This document shows positions 7,633-18,333 of a stretch of DNA of 64,000 nt, in pieces; positions within the stretch are counted from its first letter, which is position 1, and the number at the start of each line of letters is the position of its first letter. Location: contig VGCI01000001.1 of the NCBI GenBank assembly GCA_016870095.1, forward strand, positions 266,922 through 330,921. The letters run 5' to 3'. The notes under the pieces were generated by a model. The model searched no databases. It was given only the letters and a program-made list of their open reading frames with translations, and had not been told where the DNA came from. Made by a program: the position numbers and the translations under genes. This DNA is from Alphaproteobacteria bacterium. GTDB taxonomy: Bacteria > Pseudomonadota > Alphaproteobacteria > Paracaedibacterales > VGCI01.

Positions 7633-9570
7633 ATGAAAAAAAATTCAAAAAATTATTCTGATTCTGATGATTTTATGAATATTCCAGGAGACGCTAAAGC
7701 TTGGCAAAAAATGGCAACCACGTTTACGACACTTTGCCAAAAAGCAACTGTTCAAAATATGAAAAATTTTACCGGGGACTCCTTTCTCGATAAAATTGAT
7801 CCTCCTAAGGGTTCACCATGGAATGATTTATGGGAAATGGTTCAGGATGCTAATAAAAAGGCATTGGCACAGAGCGTTAAAATGTTTGGTATGCCTTCGT
7901 TCGCAACAATAGGTAATGCTGTTTTTGATCCAGAAGTCATGATGCAAACTTTTCATATAGCTTTCCAGAAAATGGCAGAAAAGCCAGAAAAATTTGAAAA
8001 ATTACGTAATCAATACTTAAAAGATTTTGAGCAACTCCTTAAAACGACAATGGGTGGGCTTCAAGGTAAAATGACAAAAATATCTTTAGAGCCCGATTTA
8101 AATGATAAGCGCTTTCAAGACCCCGCCTGGATTGATAACCCATTTTTTTCACTTCTCCAGCAAGCCTATCTCCTTAATGCTAAGTATTTGAAGAAGCTTG
8201 TCAGTTCGATAGAAGGATTAGATCCTATCACTCAACAAAAGTTGAAGTTTTACACATCTCATGTATGTGATGCGTTGTCTCCAACAAACTTTCCTTTAAC
8301 AAATCCGACAGTTTTACAAGAGACACTGGCATCTTCGGGTAAGAATCTGGCTATGGGCTTTCAAAAATATTTGGAAGATATGGGGAGCGGTCAATGGCAT
8401 ACCCGCATGACAGATATGAAAGCATTTCAATTAGGTAAAACAATTGCCACAACGCCTGGAAAAGTCGTTTATCAAAATGACTTATTTCAACTCATTCAGT
8501 ATGAACCTTTAACCAAGAGAGTTGCTAAAAGACCACTTTTAATTATACCTCCCTGGATTAATAAGTATTACATATTCGATTTAAGGGCGGAAAATTCATT
8601 CGTACGTTGGGCCGTGGAGTCTGGACTCACCGTATTTATTATATCTTGGGTAAATCCGGATAAAAAACATGCAAACAAGACCTTGTCAGATTATACCCTA
8701 AAGGGCGTTGGGGAAGCGATTAATCAAGTCTGTAAAGTGACAGCAGAGAAAAAAATAAATGTCTTAGGTTATTGCAATGGCGGGACACTCTTAAGTTTTT
8801 TGATGGTCTATTTAAAAGCGAAGAAGAAAAATCCCATTGCCAGTGCAACCTTGTTGGTTTCTCCATTTGACTTTAGCAAAGCCGATGAAATGGGAATTTA
8901 TCGGTGTGAACACCAGCAGCGTAAGCTCGAAGAACATGTCTATAAAAAAGGTTTTCTAGAAGGAAAGTACATGGTTCAGGCCTTTACATTGCTACGGGCA
9001 AATGATCTCATTTGGTCTTCTTACGTCAATAATTATCTTCTGGGTCGTGAGCCTTTTCCCTTTGATATGTTGTATTGGAATTGTGATGCGTTAAGGATGC
9101 CGGCAAAAATGCATATGACGTACCTGCGCCAGGTGGTTGTCCAAAATGGTCTTATGTCTCCCGGAAGTATCGACATAGAGGGTGTCCCCATTCATTTTGA
9201 AACCATTACGACGCCATTGTTTGTTATGGCTGCCCATGAAGATCATATTGCTCCGTGGCGTTCTGCTTATCCTATTACTCAAATGGTTCATTCAACTTCG
9301 AAAAAATTCCTATTAAGCACTTCCGGCCATGTCGCGAGTGTCATTAATCACCCCAGTCGAAAAAAGTACTTTTATTGGACATCGAAAGATTTACCAAGTG
9401 AGGCGGACGATTGGTTAAAAGGAGCTCAAAAGCATGAAGGTTCTTGGTGGAATGAGTGGCGACAATGGCTAGATACATATGGGGAAGGGACAATTCCTGC
9501 TCGCCCTATTGATGAGAATCAAATTCTTGAGGAGGCCCCTGGAAGTTATGCTCTTACAGTTTCAGAATAG
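7633..9570 (+). CDS. phaC: Poly(3-hydroxyalkanoate) synthase, class I type
   Basis: 645 aa. Lipase-box-like G-x-C-x-G (LGYCNGGT), a conserved N-terminal-domain motif (RFQDPAWIDNPFF...AYLLN) and a late catalytic His region (STSGHVASVINHP). Confidence 0.9.
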   Translation: MKKNSKNYSDSDDFMNIPGDAKAWQKMATTFTTLCQKATVQNMKNFTGDSFLDKIDPPKGSPWNDLWEMVQDANKKALAQSVKMFGMPSFATIGNAVFDPEVMMQTFHIAFQKMAEKPEKFEKLRNQYLKDFEQLLKTTMGGLQGKMTKISLEPDLNDKRFQDPAWIDNPFFSLLQQAYLLNAKYLKKLVSSIEGLDPITQQKLKFYTSHVCDALSPTNFPLTNPTVLQETLASSGKNLAMGFQKYLEDMGSGQWHTRMTDMKAFQLGKTIATTPGKVVYQNDLFQLIQYEPLTKRVAKRPLLIIPPWINKYYIFDLRAENSFVRWAVESGLTVFIISWVNPDKKHANKTLSDYTLKGVGEAINQVCKVTAEKKINVLGYCNGGTLLSFLMVYLKAKKKNPIASATLLVSPFDFSKADEMGIYRCEHQQRKLEEHVYKKGFLEGKYMVQAFTLLRANDLIWSSYVNNYLLGREPFPFDMLYWNCDALRMPAKMHMTYLRQVVVQNGLMSPGSIDIEGVPIHFETITTPLFVMAAHEDHIAPWRSAYPITQMVHSTSKKFLLSTSGHVASVINHPSRKKYFYWTSKDLPSEADDWLKGAQKHEGSWWNEWRQWLDTYGEGTIPARPIDENQILEEAPGSYALTVSE

Positions 9571-9608
9571 CCAATTAAGCGAAGCTTTGAAGGGAAATTT
9601 CGCCACAG

Positions 9609-9947
9609 TTATTTCTTTGTACTTTCAGTTTCAAACGTGCTGTTGAGTTCTTCATCATAAATGACAACTTCATCCGAGTGACCATGATTTAATACCTCTC
9701 GTGCACGCTGTTCGAGCATGTCTTGATCAACACTATTAGGTCGCAGAAGGTGAACGCGTCGCTCTAGGGTCTCCTTTTCAGACTGAATTTCTGCAAGCTG
9801 TTGTTCGGATTCAGAAATTTTTTGCCTAAGCCGCATCCACGAGAAAAGACCGCGTTCTCCTTGAACAATGTGATAACCAAAATAAATCATCAAAAGAAGG
9901 GCAATAAGGGGCCCTAGAATATGATTAAGACGACTTGTTAATCCCAT
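9609..9947 (-). CDS. ftsB: Septum formation initiator (FtsB/DivIC family)
   Basis: 112 aa with one N-terminal TM helix (ILGPLIALLLMIYFGYHIV) followed by a coiled coil (ISESEQQLAEIQSEKETLERRV). Sits directly downstream of eno, an arrangement common in proteobacteria. Confidence 0.75.
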   Translation of the reverse strand: MGLTSRLNHILGPLIALLLMIYFGYHIVQGERGLFSWMRLRQKISESEQQLAEIQSEKETLERRVHLLRPNSVDQDMLEQRAREVLNHGHSDEVVIYDEELNSTFETESTKK

Positions 9948-9957
9948 ATGAGAACTC

Positions 9958-12148
<2,191 letters not shown>

Positions 12149-12149
12149 G

Positions 12150-13772
12150 TTAAACTAACCTTTCTTGTTGGACAGCTGCGGCAATAAAAGAGACAAATAG
12201 AGGGTGAGGATCAAATGGGCGCGATTTCAACTCCGGATGAAACTGTACGCCGACAAACCACGGATGGTCTTGTCGCTCAACAATTTCTGGTAATTGTTCG
12301 TCAGGGGATAAACCTGACATAATAAGGCCCACACTTTTTAAACGATCTCGATAGGTCATATTCACTTCATATCGATGACGATGTCGTTCTTCAATGGAAG
12401 ATTCCCCATATATTTTGTGAGCGAGAGATCCTTCTTGAAGTTTGCAAATATAGGAACCTAACCGCATTGTGCCCCCAAGATCACCTTCTTGGGATCGTTT
12501 CTGAAGGGTTTTCCCATCCATCCACTCAGTCATCATTCCAATGAGGGGTGTAGATGTTTGCCCAAACTCTGTTGAGGAAGCCTCTTTAAGACCTAATAAA
12601 TTCCGAGCGGCTTCAATGACAGCGAGCTGCATTCCAAAGCAGATGCCCAAATACGGAATTTTTTTCTCTCGTGCAATTTGGATGGCTTTGAGTTTTCCGT
12701 CAATCCCTCTTTCCCCAAATCCCCCTGGAACAAGAATGCCGTGCATTCCGACAAGATCACCATCAAGATTATTTGTATTTTCTGCATCAAACCAATGAAG
12801 ATTCACCTTCATATTATTGGCTATTCCGGCATGCACAAAGGCTTCCGACAGTGACTTGTAGGCATCCAGCAATTGAATATATTTTCCAACGATAGCAATA
12901 TCAACTTGACCATCAGGATGGTGGATCCTCTCAACAACATTGTGCCATTTTGAGAGGTCAACTTCCTTTTCACCTTCAATGCCAAAATAACGACAAACTT
13001 GAAAATCAAGGCCTTCATTATGATAACTAATGGGAACCTGATAGATGGTGTCGATATCTTTCGCTTCAATAACCCGTTCGGGGCGCACGTTACAAAATAG
13101 TCCAAGTTTTTGTTTTGCATCTTTTGGGATGGGTCGATCTGCGCGACATAACAAAATGTCTGGTTGAATACCAAAGCTTAAGAGTTCTTTTACAGAGTGT
13201 TGTGTCGGCTTGGTTTTTAATTCTCCTGCCGCAGCAATATAAGGAATCAAAGTCAAATGCACAAAAAGTGTATTATCTCGTCCCCTATCATTACTAAGTT
13301 GCCGAATGGCTTCTAAAAATGGCAGACTTTCAATGTCGCCAACCGTTCCCCCAATTTCACAAATGACAAAGTCTTCGTTGGTTAAATCAGCTGTAATAAA
13401 TGATTTGATTTCATCAATAATATGAGGAACAACTTGAATAGTTGCCCCTAAGTAATCTCCCCGACGTTCTTTCGCTAAGACAGCAGAATAGATTTTCCCC
13501 GTTGTTGTACTGTCACTGGCTCGTGAAGAAACACCTGTAAATCTTTCATAGTGACCCAAATCCAAATCTGTTTCCGTTCCATCAGCTGTGACGTAGACTT
13601 CTCCATGCTGGAAGGGGCTCATGGTGCCAGGATCAACATTAAGATAAGGATCAAGCTTGCGTAGGCGAACGGTGTAACCTCGTGCTTGGAGTAGGGCACC
13701 CAAAGAAGAGGCGGCAATGCCTTTTCCTAAGGAAGAAACAACACCACCGGTTACAAAAATGAACTTTGTCAA
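12150..13772 (-). CDS. pyrG: CTP synthase
   Basis: N-terminus [19 protein letters not shown], glutamine amidotransferase Cys motif GICFGMQ, 540 aa. Confidence 0.97.
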   Translation of the reverse strand: MTKFIFVTGGVVSSLGKGIAASSLGALLQARGYTVRLRKLDPYLNVDPGTMSPFQHGEVYVTADGTETDLDLGHYERFTGVSSRASDSTTTGKIYSAVLAKERRGDYLGATIQVVPHIIDEIKSFITADLTNEDFVICEIGGTVGDIESLPFLEAIRQLSNDRGRDNTLFVHLTLIPYIAAAGELKTKPTQHSVKELLSFGIQPDILLCRADRPIPKDAKQKLGLFCNVRPERVIEAKDIDTIYQVPISYHNEGLDFQVCRYFGIEGEKEVDLSKWHNVVERIHHPDGQVDIAIVGKYIQLLDAYKSLSEAFVHAGIANNMKVNLHWFDAENTNNLDGDLVGMHGILVPGGFGERGIDGKLKAIQIAREKKIPYLGICFGMQLAVIEAARNLLGLKEASSTEFGQTSTPLIGMMTEWMDGKTLQKRSQEGDLGGTMRLGSYICKLQEGSLAHKIYGESSIEERHRHRYEVNMTYRDRLKSVGLIMSGLSPDEQLPEIVERQDHPWFVGVQFHPELKSRPFDPHPLFVSFIAAAVQQERLV

Positions 13773-13938
13773 AGGGAACCTCTAATAATACCAAATTAAA
13801 TAACGATTCAGTAAAAAGACATTTACATTGCGTCGCTAAAAGGGGAAGAGGATTTGAACTTTGAAAAAAAATTCCAATGCTCTTCCTGAATCTACTCGAC
13901 CCGTTTCAACAATCTAAATCAGTAATCGAACAGAAAAA

Positions 13939-14211
13939 CTATTTCTTTTGATTGTTGATGGGCGCAAGAATGGAATTAGATTCTTTCACTTGATGTTTAG
14001 AAATAATGCCCATTAGCAAACAATTGCCCATGAATAACGCCGCTAAAATACCGGTTATGCGCGTTAGAAGATTAGATGTGCCCCGTGCGCTGAACATACT
14101 GCTAGAGGCACCGCCGCCCATACCAAGACCTCCCCCTTCGCTGCGTTGCATTAAAATAACGCCAATCATGGCTAAGGTGATAAAAATATGGATGACTAAT
14201 AGGGCTGTCAT
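13939..14211 (-). CDS. secG: Preprotein translocase subunit SecG
   Basis: 90 aa, two TM helices separated by a Gly-rich loop (MQRSEGGGLGMGGGASSSMFSARG). Confidence 0.9.
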   Translation of the reverse strand: MTALLVIHIFITLAMIGVILMQRSEGGGLGMGGGASSSMFSARGTSNLLTRITGILAALFMGNCLLMGIISKHQVKESNSILAPINNQKK

Positions 14212-14303
14212 AATTAATTGTCTCCTTTAATCGTAGTCAGGATTGATATTATAAGATATCCATACCATAAAAAGGCAAATAAAAACTATGCATAAATGAA
14301 AAG

Positions 14304-14375
14304 ATCGTATCTATTCTTCTGAAGTTCCCTGCAATCTAAAAAAGATTTTGGTCAAATTGTCAGAATAGATACGAT
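14304..14375. repeat. Perfect 14-bp inverted repeat with 44-nt spacer
   Basis: atcgtatctattct (14304-14317) and its exact reverse complement agaatagatacgat (14362-14375). A nested 5-bp hairpin aatct/agatt lies in the spacer. On the minus (transcribed) strand the second arm is followed by cttttcattt. Confidence 0.7.
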
Positions 14376-14410
14376 TCGGTTAGTGAATACTCTAGCTTTT
14401 CGAGAAGTGG

Positions 14411-16333
14411 TTATAACACAGCCCCAGTTGTTGTGCCAAAATTTGTTTGCCCACTCTGATCAGCAAATTGCATTTCTATGTCTCCATTTGGAAATTGGAT
14501 CTCTTTGTCTCCGTTAGAGTGTCTTATTACGAATACAGGTGCGGGAACAGGTGGAGCTGAAGGCGCAACAGGTGGAATGGGTTTCAATGCATTTTCAACC
14601 ATCTGCTCTTGGTTAAAGTGAGTATAAAAGAATCGATTTTCTAAACTTCTTTTACTTCCTCTTGAATCATCCTTTGAAAAAAACGATGCGACATCATGGA
14701 AATGTTTAACATGGTCAGAAATTTGTAATTTCACACGCTCCAACAAATCTTGAGCTATCAATCTAGCTGTATCTCTTTGACTTTCATCACTAGGTAAAAT
14801 TGGTTTTGTAAGATTTGTGCCACCATATTGCAATAATCCAAGGTTATCGTCTAGATTCGTCCATTTGTGGAAGAGGGTTGGGAAGGAATATACTAATTCC
14901 TCTCCGTCTAACATATTAAAAACAACATCAATGAACCGAGAATTGCGGATAACGGTCTTTGAAACAATGCTATCATCACTATAGACGGTGGTGAGGAGTG
15001 GTGAAGGATAATATTGAAATCCATACTTATGCCCTTGTGCCTGATCTATAGTTAGGGATTTAATGACGGGATGATCCAAAATTTCTGCATCAGTCAGTTT
15101 AGTTGTGCCATCAATAGGAGAAGTTGCAAAAGGATCGTAAGACGATTCCCAAGAATCTAAGTTATCAGTCGCAACCGCTACTGTGTTATGATGTGAAGAT
15201 GCGGTGATCGTTTTTAAAACTTTACCAAAATCATTCATGTTATAAAGGTGTGGAGTAAAATTGGGGGCCTCATGTAAGCTCCAGAAGAAACCAACCATCG
15301 CTCTATTAAAAGCTGTTTTGCCATCTCGAGGCAGTAATTTGGTCACCATATCAGTGTAAATGCTTTTTAAACCACTCATGATGACTCGATATCTTTGAGC
15401 TGCGACAGGGGGATAAATTTCTGCGAATTTCCAAGTGTTGCCATTATTGTTTGCATGAACTTCAGCCCGACGGAGAACATGTTCTACCACATTATAGTGT
15501 CGGCGATCAGCATATTTATGAAGCATATCATGAATTCCAAAACCAAATTGGCTAAAGTTTATACCATGTCCCTTATTGGTTGTTGTTGGAAAACAAGCAG
15601 GGTACACATCATTTAAATTAGATTCGACCATCAAGGAAACACCAAGCTTTCCTTCGCCAGGAAGGGGATAAAGAATGGGTGATGGGAGTAATTTTTTCGT
15701 ACGATCAGCAAATAAGTCGATCATGGGTGCTTTTAACTTTACAGACCAGTGCATATCAGGTAATTCAAACCCCTTGTTTGGATACCCCTCCAAACTGACA
15801 TAGGTAGATAAACTATTCTTCCATGCATCATTTTCAGTTATTCCAAAAAAGAGATTTGGAAACGGAACATGAGAAAATAAGCTCCTTTCATCGTCAGTTA
15901 TGGTGCTAATAGAGGCCGCAAAACGGAGATGCATACCCAAAAGCCAAAGTGGGCTAATATGTTGATCTTCTTTTTGGTACGTCATTTCACGTAATAAACG
16001 CCGCGTAAATATATGATGAGGATTACTGTGCGCATACTGTTTAAGATATGCTTCGAATTTTGCAAATAGAGGAGCGATTGCTGGATCATGAGAAGCATAA
16101 AAATCTTCTGGTACTTTGCCATTATACTGTTCGAGGTTCGCACGATGACCCTTAATTACTCCTTGGTCTATCTTATTGACACCAAATTCTTCTGGATGGT
16201 GACTCTGAATCATTTTTGTTGATTGTTCCTGCGAAAGAGAAAAAGGCGAATATGTCAAGTTTTGAGCCGCCAGAGTGTACTCGCTTAAACAAGTTGCCAA
16301 TAGTCCACATTTTAAGAGTGTAGTGAATTTCAT
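14411..16333 (-). CDS. Orphan secreted protein, no recognisable family (signal peptide, Pro-rich linker, short C-terminal tandem repeat)
   Basis: 640-aa intact ORF. Signal-like N-terminus MKFTTLLKCGLLATCLSEYTLAAQ, Pro-rich PIPPVAPSAPPVPAPV near residues 584-600, and C-terminal NGDKEIQFP/NGDIEMQFA. Flanked by long AT-rich spacers. Confidence 0.6.
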   Translation of the reverse strand: MKFTTLLKCGLLATCLSEYTLAAQNLTYSPFSLSQEQSTKMIQSHHPEEFGVNKIDQGVIKGHRANLEQYNGKVPEDFYASHDPAIAPLFAKFEAYLKQYAHSNPHHIFTRRLLREMTYQKEDQHISPLWLLGMHLRFAASISTITDDERSLFSHVPFPNLFFGITENDAWKNSLSTYVSLEGYPNKGFELPDMHWSVKLKAPMIDLFADRTKKLLPSPILYPLPGEGKLGVSLMVESNLNDVYPACFPTTTNKGHGINFSQFGFGIHDMLHKYADRRHYNVVEHVLRRAEVHANNNGNTWKFAEIYPPVAAQRYRVIMSGLKSIYTDMVTKLLPRDGKTAFNRAMVGFFWSLHEAPNFTPHLYNMNDFGKVLKTITASSHHNTVAVATDNLDSWESSYDPFATSPIDGTTKLTDAEILDHPVIKSLTIDQAQGHKYGFQYYPSPLLTTVYSDDSIVSKTVIRNSRFIDVVFNMLDGEELVYSFPTLFHKWTNLDDNLGLLQYGGTNLTKPILPSDESQRDTARLIAQDLLERVKLQISDHVKHFHDVASFFSKDDSRGSKRSLENRFFYTHFNQEQMVENALKPIPPVAPSAPPVPAPVFVIRHSNGDKEIQFPNGDIEMQFADQSGQTNFGTTTGAVL

Positions 16334-16494
16334 TTTTAATCCTTTAAAGTAAATAAATTTGTGTAATTACGTTTTTAAATTTTTTATTTACGTTTAATGT
16401 GGTGATTAAAATATAAAACACAATACCTAAATAAAATAAATATTAGTGTAATATATTTTGAGAAATTAATATACATAAAATTTAGATGAATGGA

Positions 16495-17508
16495 TTAATT
16501 ACTTGCAACTGTTAAAGCCTTAAATAATTTCCCCATTTGTGAGGGGTGTGTTAGCCGTACCGCGGCTGTTCGTAATGATCCGCGCGTTTCTGGTGTCGCA
16601 TTTTTACATAAATATTCGGTGCGCATTTCCAAGCCCATGGCTGTTAAAAAATCCCCTTGGGAAATAGGTTCTTGAACGGTTAATCCAGCTTTTTTAAACA
16701 AAGAAAAGAGTCTAAAAAAATCTACATGATGTGTTAAATCAGATTTCCCTACATTGATTAATGGGGATTGCCTTTGATGATTTTGCAAGGCTTGTAATGT
16801 ATCGCCTGTGGCATCGGGCTGGTTATAGCCATAATCTAAAAAGAGGGCAGCTCCTTTGTTGTTCTTCATATGCATGGCTATTTTAGAGACCCATTCAGGC
16901 ATGGCCGGGCATACTTCTTTTACAATAGTTGATCCTGTGGGAATAAAACATAGTCTATTGTTTTCAAAACTGACATACCTTTCAACCCATTCTTCGTTAA
17001 TTTTGACATATTGACGTATGGGCAGCGCATCCCAAAATTCGTTGGCAACCATAAGGCAAAATCCTTGGGTGTGGGGTAGGGTGGAAAGGTCTTCATGCCA
17101 ACTTATAGAGGCAGAATAAGCTGACAGGATTGTTTTCTGAAGGTCTTTTAGAAGAGGGCTTACTTCAACCAAATGCACAGTCATTTCTGATACGGGAACC
17201 TTTAAGGACTGCATTGTACGTATAATATCAAGCATTAAAGTACCACGACCTGGTCCTATCTCAACAATATGAAAAGGGGTGGGGGACCCGGCCTTATGCC
17301 ATACATTGATGAGCCATCCTGCAATGACTTCCCCAAATACTTGTGTCATTTCGGGAGCTGTTATGTAGTCACCTTTGGCACCGATGGGGATTTTTGTTGT
17401 GTAATATCCATCTTGTGGATCATACAAAGCTATGGTCATAAAGTCAGCGATACTTATGGGGCCTGTTGTCTCAATTTTTTTTCGAAGACGATCTTCTAGG
17501 GACATCAT
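16495..17508 (-). CDS. Class I SAM-dependent methyltransferase, MidA/NDUFAF7 (DUF185) family
   Basis: 337 aa with SAM-binding motif IVEIGPGRGTLMLD and an N-terminal YYT...GDYITAPE region typical of the family. 4-nt overlap with lgt. Confidence 0.8.
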   Translation of the reverse strand: MMSLEDRLRKKIETTGPISIADFMTIALYDPQDGYYTTKIPIGAKGDYITAPEMTQVFGEVIAGWLINVWHKAGSPTPFHIVEIGPGRGTLMLDIIRTMQSLKVPVSEMTVHLVEVSPLLKDLQKTILSAYSASISWHEDLSTLPHTQGFCLMVANEFWDALPIRQYVKINEEWVERYVSFENNRLCFIPTGSTIVKEVCPAMPEWVSKIAMHMKNNKGAALFLDYGYNQPDATGDTLQALQNHQRQSPLINVGKSDLTHHVDFFRLFSLFKKAGLTVQEPISQGDFLTAMGLEMRTEYLCKNATPETRGSLRTAAVRLTHPSQMGKLFKALTVASN

Positions 17509-18299
17509 ACTTTTTCACGACATCTCATGGGTTGCCATATAAAAATGATGCCGGCCATAATCATGGGTAGCGAGAGAATTTGGCCGGTCGTAAAGTCCAT
17601 GCCAAATAAGGGATAGAACGTATCAGGTTCGCGGACAAATTCAACAAAAGTGCGGGCCAGACCGTAACCTAATAAAAAAATCCCAGTCAAGCGTCCTGGA
17701 ACATTCCGAATTGCTGGGATTTGCCAACTGATATGCATAAGTATCAGAAGGATAAATCCTTCAAGAAAAGCTTCATAGATTTGGCTGGGATGGCGGGGGA
17801 AGGGACCGCCGTTTGGGAATATTATACCCCAAGAGACGTCAGTTACCCGTCCATATAATTCGCTATTGACGAAATTAGCCATACGACCCAACCCCAGTCC
17901 AAGCGGCGTAATAGCGGCCAAAATATCAGCAAATCGAAAACTTGAAATATGGTTTTTGTAGCAATAAGCAAGGATGGCAATAGTGACTCCCAACATACCG
18001 CCATGAAAAGACATGCCCCCTTTCCACGTCATAAAAATTTCTTGGGGGTGGGCCAAATATTTGTCAAATTCAAAAAATAGGATATGTCCTAACCGACCCC
18101 CAATGACAATACCTCCAAGGGCCCATAGCATGAAGTCATTAATTTGGGCCTTTGTAATAGTCGGGGAAAAGCGGTTAGCGATCCAAATAGCATATTGCCA
18201 CCCCACTAATAAACTAACAATGTATGCAATACCATACCAATGCACAGCAACAGGTCCGAGATGAAGAGCAACAGGGTCAATTTGAGGAAAATTTAACAT
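17505..18299 (-). CDS. lgt: Prolipoprotein diacylglyceryl transferase
   Basis: 264 aa polytopic membrane protein with HWYGIAY, GGRLGH, MSFHGGMLG and PSQIYEA motifs. Confidence 0.92.
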   Translation of the reverse strand: MLNFPQIDPVALHLGPVAVHWYGIAYIVSLLVGWQYAIWIANRFSPTITKAQINDFMLWALGGIVIGGRLGHILFFEFDKYLAHPQEIFMTWKGGMSFHGGMLGVTIAILAYCYKNHISSFRFADILAAITPLGLGLGRMANFVNSELYGRVTDVSWGIIFPNGGPFPRHPSQIYEAFLEGFILLILMHISWQIPAIRNVPGRLTGIFLLGYGLARTFVEFVREPDTFYPLFGMDFTTGQILSLPMIMAGIIFIWQPMRCREKV

Positions 18300-18333
18300 G
18301 GCTCGTTCTCATTTAAAGGAATGCCAGTACTCA

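Noticed and set aside
13843-13888. tRNA-like look of the secG-pyrG spacer. The minus strand reads ggaagagcattggaattttttttcaaagttcaaatcctcttcccc, with a 7-bp ggaagag/ctcttcc stem and a TTCAAAT T-loop-like heptamer.
   Set aside because: It is only about 45 nt. No D-arm or anticodon arm can be drawn, and the T-stem does not pair in register with the acceptor-like stem. It is probably a weak hairpin or a chance match, so I make no RNA gene call.
16394-16409. TTAA-tgtggtga-TTAA upstream of the 640-aa orphan gene.
   Set aside because: The spacer is 8 nt rather than 7, so it does not fit the CtrA consensus. In spacer DNA this AT-rich (about 26 G/C in 160 nt by my count), chance occurrence is likely.
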